A stretch of DNA of 64,000 nt from Octopus bimaculoides. Taxonomy: Eukaryota. Position 1 is the stretch's first letter; every line of letters starts with the position of its first letter. Shown one piece after another: positions 40,130 through 54,059 of this stretch. Under the pieces are notes generated by a model. That model was not told the origin of the DNA. It searched no databases and saw nothing but the letters and a program-made list of their open reading frames with translations. The stretch spans positions 22,195,709 through 22,259,708 of the forward strand of contig NC_068983.1 in assembly GCF_001194135.2 (NCBI RefSeq), written 5' to 3'. The translations under genes were made by a program, and so were the position numbers.

Positions 40130-41539
40130 TTAAATATCTATTATAGCCCCAAGCTAACCAAGGCCTTGTGAGTAGATTTAGTAGGTGGAAAGTTTGTCAT
40201 GTGTGTGTATTTATCCATTATTCATTTCATCATCAAATAAAGTTTTAGGTTTTGGTTAACAAAAGGTTGATTGTTAAATTTATTGACAATATTTTAAGTT
40301 TACAATTCAAAATTATCACCCTATGCCTTCACCATAGTCCTTAATCTTTTCTCAGCTAAAGCTTGAATAATGAGTAAATGTATAACACCATGCCTGGTGT
40401 GCACATGCACACACACTTTTTTCCTAGGTCAGGGGAAATATCACTTCACTTGGAAACAAGTAAGGGTTGGCAACAGTGAGTGCAAAGATCAAGACAGACA
40501 TACAAAGACATGTTGTAAGCTGATCTGTGGGTGTTGATCCTTACAAAGGAGATGATAAATAAACACAAGTGGGAGAGGACCTGTCCAACCTAGCAAGCAT
40601 GGAGAATTGTAAAATGATGATGGTGGTGGTGGTAGTGGTGGTGGTGGTGGTGGTGGCGATGAGTGTGTGTCAACTAGCAGAGGAAACCTCTATGTAGTTA
40701 CTCATCCTACTAGAAATAGTAACCAAATTTTCTCAAGAAATACTAATGTCTTAAAATAAAGAAATTTTTAAAAATAAAAAGAAACATTGTAGCCTTTGAT
40801 AATCAAAAAGGTGAGATGGTCACAGCTGGAAATGATAGCTTGGTCAAACAAGACTCAAGGCTAAAACTGTATTACCAACTGTAATAAATAATGTGTTTCC
40901 ACTCTGATGAAACTGTTTTCAAAACTCCTGCATTTCGTTTTCCACAAATCACAGTCTTCACAAGAGGACAGGATTTCTATCTACTTTATCATCACATCTA
41001 AGTCACTTTTGCACAGTTTAGGGCTCATGCTTTAAGAGATATATTTAGATTTGTTTTAACTACAAATCCAGCAACAATATGCAATTTTAAACATCGTAAA
41101 TCTCTATTAAGCACTACTTGCCTTCAACACATTATAAAGCCATCACAGGCTTACTACTAACTGGATGGATTTATTTTTGGATGATGTTAATAAAAGATAG
41201 TTTAAAGGAGGGGATAATGATAAATGTGGATAACTAAAACATCATCTTGCCAAATAACACTGACATGCGGAAATGAAAATTAAAAAAGACAGCTCTTCCA
41301 AAATTGAACTCGTTTCATAACCTCATCGTCATCGTTATGCCAACTTTTTCAATGCTGGTATAGGATAGATCAGATCTATTAAGGTAGTATTCTATGGTTA
41401 GAGTACTAGCTTAGTAAAACTTGGTTTTACAGGTAAGATATTTTCTATTCCACTGGGTGTTTACATCAAAATCACAAGTTACTGGACATTATTTATGGGA
41501 AGGACATACACATACATCACTGCTATTTAAGTGACATCA

Positions 41540-41798
41540 GTCATTTGACTCTGGTCATGCTGGAGCACCGCCTTTAGTCAAACAAATTGACTCCCAGGAC
41601 TTATTCTTTGTAAGTCTAGTACTTATTCTATCAGTCTTTTTTGCTGCACCGCTAAGTTATAGGGACATAATACACACCAACATCGGTTGTCACAAGGCTT
41701 TGGTCGGCCCAAGGCTATAGTAGAAGACAGTTGCCCAAGGTGCCATGCAGTGGGACTGAACCCAGAACCAAGCTACTTACCACACAGCCACTCCTGCA
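41540..41798 (-). mobile_element. SINE family A, internally deleted
   Basis: Reverse-complement match lacking the central section. Confidence 0.8.
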
Positions 41799-41817
41799 GC
41801 TATGTTACTGCAACACA

Positions 41818-42172
41818 TCTTTTATCTTTTATTTGTTTCAGTCATTAGACTGTAGCCATGCTGGAGTATCATCTTGAAGAATTTTTAGTTGTAAGTATTT
41901 TTCGTTTATTTAAAGCCTGGTACTTATTCTATCAGGTTCTTGCTAAGTCATGGGTACGTAAACGCACCAGTACCAGTTGCCAAGAAGTGGAGGGGTTAAA
42001 CCCACACACACACACAGCGGGCCTCTGTCAGTTTCTGTCTATCAAATACACTCACAAAGCTTTCATTGGCCTGAGGCTATAGTAGAAGGCACTTGCCCAA
42101 GGTGTCATGCAGTGGGACTGAACTGGGAACTACATGGTTTAGAAAGCAAGCTTCTTACAATACAGCCATACA
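41818..42172 (-). mobile_element. SINE family A
   Basis: Reverse-complement match to family A, head-to-head with the 42193 copy. Confidence 0.85.
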
Positions 42173-42192
42173 TGCATAAAAATTTAACATAT

Positions 42193-42575
42193 AGGTGCAA
42201 GCATGGCTGTGTGGTAAGAAGTTTGCTTCCCAACTACATGATTCCAGGTTCAGTCCCACTATGTGGCACCTTGGGCAAGTAATTTCTATTATAGCCTTGG
42301 GCCGACCACAGCCTCGAGTGGATTTGGTACACGGAAACTGAAAGAAGCCCGTCGTGTGTGTGTTTGTACCCACGTCATTGCTTGACAACTGATGCTGGTG
42401 TGTTTATGTCCCTGCAATTTAGCAGCTTGGCAAAACAGAATGATAAAATAAGAACTAGGCTTACAAAGACTAAGCTCTAGGCTCGATTTCTTTGACTAAA
42501 ACCCTTTAAGGCAGTGCTCCAGCATGGCTGCAGTCAAATGAATGAAACAAAGAAAAGAATAAAAGAAAAGAAAAG
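42193..42575 (+). mobile_element. SINE family A
   Basis: Collinear with 42600-42982; CpGs decayed. Confidence 0.85.
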
Positions 42576-42599
42576 AATAAAATAAAAGTAGCTCACACA

Positions 42600-42982
42600 A
42601 GGCGCAGGAGTGGCTGTGTGGTAAGTAGCTTGCTTACCAACTACATGGTTCCGGGTTCAGTCCAACTACGTAGCACCTTGGGCAAGTGTCTTCTACTATA
42701 GCCTCGGGCCGACCAAAGCCTTGTGAGTGGATTTGGTAGACGGAAACTGAAAGAAGCCCGTCGTATGTGTCTGTGTGTCTGTGTTTGTCCCCCCACCATC
42801 GCTTGACAACCGATGCTGGTGTGTTTACGTCTCCGTCACTTAGCGGTTCGGCAAAAAGAGACCGATAGAATAAGTACTAGGCTTACAAAGAATAAGTCCT
42901 GGGGTTGATTTTCTCGACTAAAGGCGATGCTCCAGCATGGCCGCAGTCCAATGATTGAAACAAGTAAAAGAGTAAAAGAGTA
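42600..42982 (+). mobile_element. tRNA-derived SINE family A, full-length and little diverged
   Basis: A-box-like tggctgtgtggt, B-box-like gggttcagtcc, ~380-bp body, and a (gagtaaaa)n tail. More than 20 related copies in the window. Confidence 0.9.
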
Positions 42983-44394
42983 AGTATCTAAAAATAGCTA
43001 CATGGAATAATATATAAGAAAATAAGATTTAATAATAGCACTGTATAAAATTAACTATTTATTTAAATTTTATTTTATTTTTTTCCAAAACATGCAACAG
43101 AAAGAACATAATAAAATGCCCATCAGTGAAAACTGGTACTTAGCTTCAAAAACCGCTACCTTAAATAATATTAAAACTCCCACGTGGCCCTTAACTAAAT
43201 GAAAAATAGAATGTGTATTCACACTTCTCCCTGGACTAAAATATTTAAAGTAAAATCAATAAATAAATAAATACTTAAAAAGAAAAAGAAAATAAGTAAT
43301 TTAAGTAAGTGTATGATGGTTTGCAAGGAAAAGGAATTCTATATCATAGAACTGACACCTGTCTCAAAGATGATGTTAATACAGAGATTAAATCTATTCC
43401 AACTGGAAAGCATTCTGCACAGTTTCTGCTTGGCAAGAATTTAACCATTCAACCATTTATTTAACCAAAGCTCGGTTGGCCTCTGCTACTGCAGGAGGAA
43501 GTTTAGGGGGAGGTGGAGGTGGGAGAATTAAAATTAATGAGAATCTAAACGCAAAACTTTCTTCCAACAAACATAATAATGATTACTCCCTCTTCCGTCT
43601 CCCCTTTCACCGTAAAGCTGCAGATACACAGCTTCAACCATAAACTAAATAAATCTATTTTAAATGCGCCATCATTCTTTAACAATATTTGTTAGTGATC
43701 CATTGTTAAATTTGAAAATACATCAGTTTGCCAAAAGAGAGGGGGGGGGGATGAAAAGAAAGAAAGAAAAAAAGGAAATGTCATTATCATCATCATCATC
43801 ATCATCATCATCATCGTTTAACGTCTGCTTTCCATGCTAGCATGGGTTGGACGATTTGACTGAGGACTGGTGAACCAGATGGCTACACCAGGCTTCAATC
43901 TGATCACGATATAGATTAATTGAATTTTCTGGAGAGAGAGAGATATGAGTTGAAGAGAAATAAGAAATGGAGCAATAGAAACTTCAGACAGCATCCAGCA
44001 ACAATTTTCCTACAGCTATTGTGCCAAAACCTAGAATATAAAATACATTGCTGTATTGTTATCTCTCTATATACCAATGTTATTATTACTGTTGTTATTA
44101 TTATTATTAATGTTGTTTTCTCTCTCTTATTTTTTTCTCCCCTATTTTTACAACTGTAAACGTGTGGTCCTTATTTTAAAGACAATGGGATATTTCCTGA
44201 AGGTGGTTTTGGCAAACCATAAAGAACAGATTGGTCATCTATGGCTGTAGTCCCTAAACTAGTCTGTTCTTGCCAGCGTAGTAGGATTCTGAATAGAAAT
44301 AACAAATGAATTTTTGGTTTCCTACAAATACATGAAAATATCTCGATTCATAAAATAAAACAGGGGAAAAAAAATGTATGTTTTCTATTGTAAC

Positions 44395-44755
44395 GACGTC
44401 GAGGGTTCCAGTCGATCCAATCAACGGAACAGACTGCTCGTGAAATTAACGTGCAAGTGGCTGAGCACTCCACAGACACGTGTACCCTTAACGTAGTTCT
44501 CGGGGATATTCAGCGTGACACAGTGTGACAAGGCTGGCCCTTTGAATTACAGGCACAACAGAAACAGGAAGTAAGAGTGAGAGAAAGTTGTGGTGGAAGA
44601 GTACAGCAGGGTTCGCCACCATCCCCTGCCGGAGCCTCGTGGAGCTTTAGGTGTTTTCGCTTAATAAACACTCACAACGCCCGGTCTGGGAATCGAAACC
44701 GCGATCCTATAACCGCGAGTCTGCTGCCCTAACCACTGGGCCATTGCGCCTCCAC
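44395..44755 (-). mobile_element. tRNA-derived SINE family C, young copy with a 12-bp TSD
   Basis: Head ggaggcgcaatggcccagtggttagg...ggtttcgattccc. CpG-rich. Direct repeat ttctattgtaac at 44383-44394 and 44756-44767. Confidence 0.88.
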
Positions 44756-45157
44756 TTCTATTGTAACATAAGAAGGGAAAACGAATTTAAAACTAAAATG
44801 TACCTTTCTACATGATCATCATATTATACTGGTCCAGGAAACAAAAACACAATGATGTATCTTAAGTCATGTAACAATATAAGCAGTGGTGATATTCTCA
44901 CGTTAACATAAAACACAGTTTCTTTTTTTTTCTCCATCATTCTTTTATTTATTTCAAGTCACTTGACTGTGACCATGTTCGAACTCTGGCTTTAAGAGTT
45001 TTTAGTCAAACAGATTGACTTCAATACTTATTTTAAGTCCAGTACTTATTCTATCAGTCTCTTTCGCTGAACTGTTAAGTTACAGGAACATAAACAAACC
45101 AACACTGATTGCCAAGCAGTAAGAAGTGGAGCAAACACAGAAACAAAGATAAAATCA

Positions 45158-45198
<41 letters not shown>

Positions 45199-45728
45199 AC
45201 AACAGGCTTCCACATAGTTTCCTTCTACCAATTTGACTTACAAGGCATTGATTACACAAGGGCTAAAGTAGAAGACACTTGCCCAAGGTGCCACTAAGTT
45301 AGAACTGAATCCAAAACTACGGTTCTTTTTTTTTATTTATTTATTGTCTCTTCAAGGAAAAGTTGACCTCAGCAGGATTTGATCTTGGAACACAAAAGAC
45401 CAGAACTAATACCACAGGGCAATTTTGCAATCTTTAATTATTCTACCTCTTCAAATCTCAGTCATTTATATAGATTAAGCTCTAGCCTTATGAGTCTAAG
45501 ATTCATGCAACAAAAACAAAAAAGTGTTTCTAAGGTTGCATTATCCTTTCTTTTCTCTTTTTTCTTTCTTTTTTGCCTCCTAATGGTAAGGTATGATTTG
45601 GGGAAAATTTGGCTTCCGTTTCTAGCAACTTGAGTGACTACATACAGTTTTAGCCTGGTTTTTATTTTTATGTTACCATTTTAACTGAAGTAGCCATTGC
45701 TAAATACCCCTTCAAACAAGCACACAAA

Positions 45729-45793
<65 letters not shown>

Positions 45794-46552
45794 AATCACT
45801 TCTTTGTTGCCCTTCCTCTAAATTATCTGAAACCTGGTTTCTTCAAACTAACAAGTCAATATTGCAGATACAATAATGAAAAAGATAGTGGAAGACTCCT
45901 GAGATGAAATTAGTGCCTAATGTGACCTGACCTTTACAGAAAGAAAAATACACATGCTAATAATAGTTGCATTACATCAAGGATACATAAGAAAACGGAA
46001 CAATCACAATCACACAACAAAAAGGAAAAAAAAAATGTTCAGTTATACAACAACAAAGAAAATATTGCATCCCATCAGCCCCAAAACCACAGTACTTGAG
46101 TGTTAATTAATGTTAAGCTTAAGATACACTAATTTGATTATCGTAGCATTTTATATTTTACTATTATATTTATTTTATTTATTTATCTATTGTTATGTTA
46201 ACATTAGTTAGTAGTAGCACAAACTGAAAGAAAGAAAAGCAAGAAAAAAAATTAATGGCGAGCCATTATTCTTGGAGTACATTCTGGTCACACATATATA
46301 TATATATATACACTGACGCTGACATAAAATAAATAAATAAATAAATAAATAAATAAGACAAAAGCAGAGAGAAAGAGGAATGTCTTTGAAGAATATTCTT
46401 CAGAGGTCTCATCTAATCACAACATAATTAATTAATTATACAGGAAGAATAACATTTCTTTGTGTACCTATGTTAGCAGCAGAATGATACATGCTGACAT
46501 ACAATAGACATATTGCAAATAGACATATAAACACATGTGTACACAGGCATAT

Positions 46553-46595
<43 letters not shown>

Positions 46596-46906
46596 CAAAT
46601 ATATATATACATACACACACATCCATAAACTCTTCTCTCAAGTTACTGTTGCACATCCGCTAAATTAATCTCATTTTACTTTTTTTGTGTGTGTACATGT
46701 ATGCAACCATGTGTGTGTGTGTCTGTGTGCATGCGTGTGTGTGCCTGTTGTTGGGTAACAACCAGAGAAAGAGTACTCAAAACAAATGAAGAGTACAGTA
46801 GTTTATTTTAGCCAGTCTCAAATAACAGGACCAATCTCAATATATACATATACAATTCAAATTTACAGAAAACAAAAGACAAAGACAAGTGAGGGAACGA
46901 CAAACT

Positions 46907-46944
<38 letters not shown>

Positions 46945-47280
46945 CTTTTACTTGTTTCAGTCTGTGCTTATACTGAGGCACTGCTCTGGAGTGTTTAATC
47001 AAACATTGACCCCCTGCACTTATTTTTAAAGTCTGGAGCATATACTATTGATCACCCCACCCCCACCCCACTAAGTTACATGGGTGTAAGCAAACCAACA
47101 CTGGTTATCAAGCAGTGGTGGGGAACAAATACAAAGACACACACACAGATAGAGACAGACAGACAGACACAGGCACACAATTGGTTTCTTTCAATTTCTG
47201 TTTACCAAATCCACCCCCAGAGCCAAAGGTGCCACACAGTGGGACTGAAGCAGAAACACACACTCTCGCTCTAAAACACA

Positions 47281-47340
<60 letters not shown>

Positions 47341-48273
47341 TATCTCTGCATTGCAGACAGATACTCTTAAATTTTCAATGACATAAGCAAGAGGAGACAA
47401 ATAAATAAAGGGTTCCCCAGAATTATTGGGGAATTTGGACAGAGTAAAATAGGGGCAGAGAGAGAGGGGTGGTGTCAGAAAGACAGCAAAGGGGGGCATA
47501 AAAATAGGGGGGAGTGTATGTGTTGGAAGGGGAGAAATGTAAATAGAAGGGAAAGTGAATGGTAAGAAGTGGGGGTGGAAACAAGACAAAAGCAAAAACC
47601 CCGAAAAAATGAAGTATGTTGCAAATCAAAGAAGAAAAATAAGGGGAATTTAAATTGAAAACAGAAAGAGGAGAGGAAGTGAAAGGAGGTGGGGAAGATG
47701 CCAATGTCTCCACACATACACACACACATACACTTCACTCCTCCAAATATAAAATCTACCACCCTTTCACCACTCACCCCCATCATCAATGGCAGCATAT
47801 CTACACCATTCCACAGAGTAATCTGGTAACAACAACAACAAAAGGAGAAGAAACAAAACAAAATGGAAATCCATAAAGGCCTCTGTATTGTTGGAAATTG
47901 TGAATCACTTTGAAGAACAGTTTTATTGATAGCAACACTGCAGTTGTCGCAATGAAGATGGCAGCGGCAGTGGTGGTGGTGGTGGTGGTAGTGGTGGTGG
48001 TGGTGGTGGTGCATTTTGAGTGAAGGAGCTATATGTTTAGAAGTAAGGCAGTACAAGGGGTTGATGGCTTAAATTGCTCTACATTAATCAGGAGATAAAA
48101 AAAGACATTGTGGTTGTAGTGGTGGTCTGGATGGATGGATAGATAGACAGACAGGTAAGAGAGAGAGAGAGAGACAGAAAGATTAGAGATAGATACACAG
48201 AGAGATATATTGGCTAAATAGACATAGGTTTGTAGAGACAGAGATCAAGAGATAGACAGACAGATTAATAAAC

Positions 48274-48320
<47 letters not shown>

Positions 48321-48695
48321 CACACACACAGACAGAGACAGACAGAGACAAACAGACAGACAGATTGGTAGATAGACAGACAGATAGATGGACAGATAGA
48401 ACAGAGAGATGGTACAGAATTATTTGAAAACTGCAACCACACCAATATCACCACATCCATCAAATGCACTTTTGTTGCAACCACATAGCCAACACCATCC
48501 CTTATTATTGTTGCTGCCACATCAAATAGATGCTAACGTCGAGCAAGGCGCACCACCACATCTCTGCCAGCAATAAAACTACCATCACCATCACATCCAC
48601 CTCTTGTTGCACGACAATGAATCCAAAAGATAAATGAACAACAACCGTCGCAGCACAATCAGTCACAGTATGAATGTGTGTGTGAGTGAGAGAGA

Positions 48696-48743
<48 letters not shown>

Positions 48744-49714
48744 GTCATGACAGAATATGAGGGAAGATGGTAGGCCACATACGTTAAGAGCTTTTATATT
48801 GACTCTTGAGGTGGCAAAGGGAGGTTATGAATGGTTTNNNNNNNNNNNNNNNNNNNNNNNNNNNNNNNNNNNNNNNNNNNNNNNNNNNNNNNNNNNNNNN
48901 NNNNNNNNNNNNNNNNNNNNNNNNNNNNNNNNNNNNNNNNNNNNNNNNNNNNNNNNNNNNNNNNNNNNNNNNNNNNNNNNNNNNNNNNNNNNNNNNNNNN
49001 NNNNNNNNNNNNNNNNNNNNNNNNNNNNNNNNNNNNNNNNNNNNNNNNNNNNNNNNNNNNNNNNNNNNNNNNNNNNNNNNNNNNNNNNNNNNNNNNNNNN
49101 NNNNNNNNNNNNNNNNNNNNNNNNNNNNNNNNNNNNNNNNNNNNNNTTAAAACCGCTCTCTTTTAGCTATCTATCTATCAGTCATTCATGCCTCTGAAAC
49201 ATATATTTATAATTAAAAGGAAATTAAATTTCTTTCATTTCTCTTCTCTGTGGGTCTCACCTCACTTCACATACACACTTGTCAGAGAATGGAGAAACAT
49301 TTTAGCCCCCCCCCCTTTCTCTCTCTCTCACACCCATACATACTTTCCATTCAGAGATCTTAATATAAACTCTCTTTCTTTCTCTCCTTTCTCTACACTC
49401 ACAAACACTAAAGCCCCCCCTCTAACAAGTGTGCATATCCTAGATGTGTATCTACACACATGTACAGTCTTAAACTCACCAGACAGAGGTCTCAAAGTAA
49501 AGTTACACTCACATTTACATTTGTACTCTTGCTAGAACAAAGGACTCAAGATAGCCTCACATCCATGGAGGTGCACACATGCACATACGTGCGCATATGC
49601 ACTCACTCACACTCACACACAGAGAGGTCTAAAACTAATCATCCAAAAAAAACCTTAAGTTATCAACGTAAGAGAAATTTTTGTCTTGTTTTATATTATT
49701 TTCTATGTTAGTTT

Positions 49715-49990
49715 TTACACTGCATCCAGTCTGCACTGTGAAGTGGTTGGCATTTGGAATGGCATCCAGCTGTAAAAGCGATGCCAAAACCGACCTCGTC
49801 TGTACTGTTTCCACATAAAAAGCACTCAGTCCACTGTGCGTGGTGGTTGGTGCGAGGGAGGACATCCAGCCATAAAAACCATGCCAAAACAGACACAGAA
49901 GTCTGGTGTAGTCTTCTACTTGGCCAGCTCCTGTCAAACCATCCAACCCATGCCAGCATAGAAGGTGGACATTAAACGATGATGATGATA
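49715..49990 (+). mobile_element. RTE 3' end; similar copies at 10345-10530 (-), 43788-43905 (-), 52600-52930 (-), 61815-61990 (-)
   Basis: Family motifs and a (GAT)n tail. Confidence 0.65.
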
Positions 49991-50331
49991 AACCCATTCA
50001 GACAAAATAGTTCTAGCATTGTGCCTGAAAGTAGAAATCAGAAACAAACTGGGAGAACATAAGATGTATCAACAAGAACAAGCTAAAGGGTTTCTAAGTC
50101 AGCACCTGGAGAAGTAAAATCCATGCGGACTGTTGGCTAAGACGGTGAGCTGGTACAATCATTACCACACTGGGCAAAAAGCTTTACGTTCTGAGTTCAA
50201 ATTCCTTTTGTGGGGTCAATAAATTAGGTACCAGTTGAGTACTGGGGTCAATATAATCAACTATCTCCCTCCCCCAAATTTCAGGCCTCATGCCTATAAT
50301 AGAAAGGATGGTTATTATCATCATCATCATT

Positions 50332-50625
50332 AGGACACATGGCATAGTGGTTAAGATGTTACACTCACAATCACGAGATCATGATTTCAATTCCTAGACC
50401 GGGTGGCATGATGTGTTCTAGAGCAAAATACTTCATCTCATGTTGCTGTGTGATCACTCCGACACCTGACATGTGGTACACTGTGCACCTGTTCAAGCAA
50501 TATCAATTCGATGGAGGGAGTTGGCTAATGTACAGCACATACATTTGATCACTATAACCAAATCATCTGTGCAGGTCGTTCGGCAAAGAGCTAAAAACTC
50601 ATATGTCATCTGCGATGGGAGAGTC
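50332..50625 (+). mobile_element. tRNA-derived SINE family F (B-type head, different body)
   Basis: Head atggcatagtggttaag...gatttcaattcc and linker tgtgttctagagcaaaa, then an unrelated body. Confidence 0.65.
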
Positions 50626-50670
50626 CATTATTATTATCATCATTATTATTATTATTATTATTACTATTTG

Positions 50671-50930
50671 TGGAGGCGCGTGGTTTAGTGGTTAGGGTAT
50701 CAGCATCATGATCGTAAGATTGTGGTTTCGATTCCTGGACCGGGTGACGCATTGTGTTCTTGAGCAAAACACTTCGTTTCACATTGCTCCAGTCCACTCA
50801 GCTGGCAAAAATGAGTAACGCTGCGATGGACTGGTGTCCCATCCAGCTGGGGAACACATACACCATTGAAACCGGGAAACCGGGCCCATGAGCCTGGCTA
50901 GGCTTTAAAAGGGCGCATTTATTTATTATT
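50671..50930 (+). mobile_element. tRNA-derived SINE family B
   Basis: Head ggaggcgcgtggtttagtggttagg...ggtttcgattcc, central ccagtccactcagctggcaaaaatgagt, and an AT-rich tail. Confidence 0.82.
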
Positions 50931-50932
50931 TT

Positions 50933-51317
50933 GTGTGAGAAGACCCGGCAAGCCAAGTAAGATCGTTGCNNNNNNNNNNNNNNNNNNNNNNNNNNNNNNN
51001 NNNNNNNNNNNNNNNNNNNNNNNNNNNNNNNNNNNNNNNNNNNNNNNNNNNNNNNNNNNNNNNNNNNNNNNNNNNGTGCGGGTGGCACATAAAAGACACC
51101 ATTTCGAGCGTGGCCGTTTTCGTGCGGGTGACACGTAAAAGCACCCACTACACTCTCTGAGTGGTTGGCGTTAGGAAGGGCATCCAGCTGTAGAAACTCT
51201 GCCAAATCAGACTGGAGCCTGGTGTTGCCATCCGGTTTCACCAGTCCTCAGTCAAATCGTCCAACCCATGCTAGCATGGAAAGCGGACGTTAAACGATGA
51301 TGATGATGATGATGATG
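50933..51317 (+). mobile_element. 5'-truncated RTE LINE 3' end with a (GAT)n tail, gapped
   Basis: Starts at the last codons EKTRQAK*, followed by gtggcac-containing repeats, ttggcgttaggaagggcatccagctgtagaaac, and gcggacgttaaac(gat)n. Confidence 0.8.
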
Positions 51318-51318
51318 A

Positions 51319-51540
51319 AGGTGGCAAGCTGGCAGAACCGTTACCACACTGGGCAAAAATGCTTAGCAGCATTTCATCCTTCTTTACATTCTGAATTCAA
51401 GTTCCGCCGAGGTTGGCTTTCCCTTTCATCCTTTCAAGGTCGTCAATAAATTAAGTACCAGTCAAGCACTGGGGTCAATATATTCGACTTGTCCCCTCCA
51501 CCAAAATTTCAGGTTTTGTACCTATAATAGAAAGGATTAC
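51319..51540 (+). mobile_element. SINE family G; second copy at 50140-50312
   Basis: Shared gagctggcagaa.cgtta...gagttcaaattcc...aaattaagtaccag...ctggggtcaata. Confidence 0.7.
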
Positions 51541-51699
51541 TATTTTATTTATTTTATCAATCATCTTTAATTTATGCTTATCTAATAACCATAAACGTTA
51601 CTAATAGGCTAGAAATGGGATGGATGGATGCTGGCAGCACGCCAACATATTTGATGTGTAATTGGCACCAACTAACAACAGCACTGTGGAGGTAATACA

Positions 51700-52030
51700 T
51701 AACACTGACAGGAGCAACCAGTCTGCTTGCACTACTGAAAGAATGTTAACAGAGCTGAAGAGATATTTAATATCGGATGAATCTTCCTTAGCATGGAGGA
51801 ATCAATAAGATCAGCTAAGCTGCGTGAGCTATCTTCTAAGTATGGGATTCTACAAGTCATGTTGTACAAAACTCAAATGATATTACACTATGTTTACTTT
51901 CCTGTTATGTCTATCAAGTTCCATATTTTGATTTAATTATATAAGCCAGCATGTGAATGTACAAGACTGATGGGAGATAAGAAAAAAAATATCCAAGGAT
52001 GCCTGCTGCAGGAAAACTAAATAGTAATGT
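51700..52030 (+). pseudogene. Very old RTE-like LINE remnant
   Basis: SMEESIRSAKLR and RLMGDKKKYPRM..GKL weakly resemble the RTE C-terminus. Confidence 0.35.
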
Positions 52031-53487
52031 GGAGCTCTAGCTACCATAATTGATTTAGTATTCTTTTTTACTATTTTTCTTGTTTCAGTTGTTGGACTGG
52101 GATCATGCTGGGCACAGCCTTGAAGGGTTGTTGATGATTAAATCCACCCCAGTACTCATTTTGTTTCAAAGTCTGTTAGCATAACACTCATTGCACTTCT
52201 AACTTACGAGTCATAAACGAAGGTACCAATATTTTCGAGCAGAGCCAAAATAAAGACAGATATAGACATAGATGCACACAAACACACACACAACAGGTTT
52301 CTGTGTATCCATTACATTCAAAAGGCATTGGTCAGCCCTAAGCAAGAAAACACTTGCCCAAGATACTATGGAGTGGGATCAAACAAGTTGTGAAAAAAAA
52401 GCACACAGTCATACCTGTGTCAATAAATTTTAAAATTTCCTCACTTTACGCATAAAATATGCTGGAGATCACTGTAAATAAACAAAATGTTTCCCACATA
52501 GCATGAAGCTAAACTTGAAAGCTCTCTTCAACCCACTCTCATCCATAACAGCAGAAGAGCTTCATGCTTCACTAAGATAGTAGAGCTTAAGTTAATCTCT
52601 TTGTTTATCATAATGTCATCATTACTATCATCACTTTACAGCTGCTTACCATCATTGCATAGACTGGATGGTTTGTTGTTGCGCTCTTAGATGGTTCAAA
52701 GGATAACTTCTCAGTCTTTAGTTCCATTTTAGCTTCATTTCTAAGGACAGATGCCCTTCCTAAAATCAACTTCCTTTACCAAGTCTCCTTGGTGCATTAT
52801 TTTCATAGCACCAGCACTGGGGAGGTTGTCATGTCTTCAATAAGACTAAATAGTAGAAGCTCTCAAACCCATACGTAAAGGGTTGCACAAGGTGCATTTT
52901 ACTGTGGCACCAACACTAGAGAGGATAAGAATAAGAGTGTGTTAGATAGCAAGAACTCAGAGTACAAAGAGTCAAAACAAATATAGCAAGGCACCTTATC
53001 CTGTACTCTAACGGTTCCTTTGATACACAGCTCAGGACTGGTACTTTATTTGATCAACCGTACGGAACAGAACGCATGGCAAAGTCAATCACAACAGAAC
53101 TTGAACTCTGAATGGATGACGCTTGAAGACAGAAAGATATACTAAGCTGGAATAAACAAGGGAATGTCAGAAACAAGAGAATGTCTCACAGGTGACAGAC
53201 CTTGATTTTCATCCCTCCATATCATCATCATCACTGTTCTAACATCCCCATTTCCATGCCTCCATGGGCCAGACAATATTTATTGAAACAAATTTTTTAA
53301 GGTTGGATACCCTTCTTGTCATCAACACATGGACACACACACACATGTGCAATGTACTAGTAATATATTCAAAAACTATTCTGTCAACCATACCATTCTA
53401 GCGGCTTAACAAATTTGCAGCCTTGTATTAATATAAAGAATCAACATTAGAAAATAAAAAGCTACAGAAAGAGGGGAAAATATAGCT

Positions 53488-53557
<70 letters not shown>

Positions 53558-54059
53558 TAAACTTAAGAGAAGATAAAGCAAGCAAAAACATTATTAATAA
53601 ACTAAATGAATGAATATAGAAACTTGTTCCCAGAACACTTCCAAATATGGTAAACAAAAACCACTTCTTTAGTCCCTTGACTTCTAGTTAAACTTTGTTC
53701 TGATTTTTTTCCCCCTCCCCGCTTAATAATTACAGACCAGTTGCTTTCATTACCTTCTTTTACTTTAAATGGTTTAAAGTTACAAAAAAGAAAGAACAAC
53801 AACAAATTAATCAACAACCTAAAGTGAAATTGAACCAACAACAACTACTACTACAGATCTGTATTCTAGGTTGCACTGAGATTCCGTAAAATAGAATAAA
53901 CAGGTATTTATTACTGTAAATCCTATCACAGAAACTAGCTTAAAAGATTAAAGAGCTTTATGCTTAGCCATCTGGAAAGATGGCAGAAAATATGGTGAAA
54001 GTAAGAGGTGCTGAGGAGGAGGGGGAAGTGGATGAAGGAGATGAAAGGGAGAAGAGTAT

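Noticed and set aside
42600-42680. tRNA-like sequences
   Set aside because: These are SINE heads that continue into family bodies; no stand-alone tRNA gene was seen.
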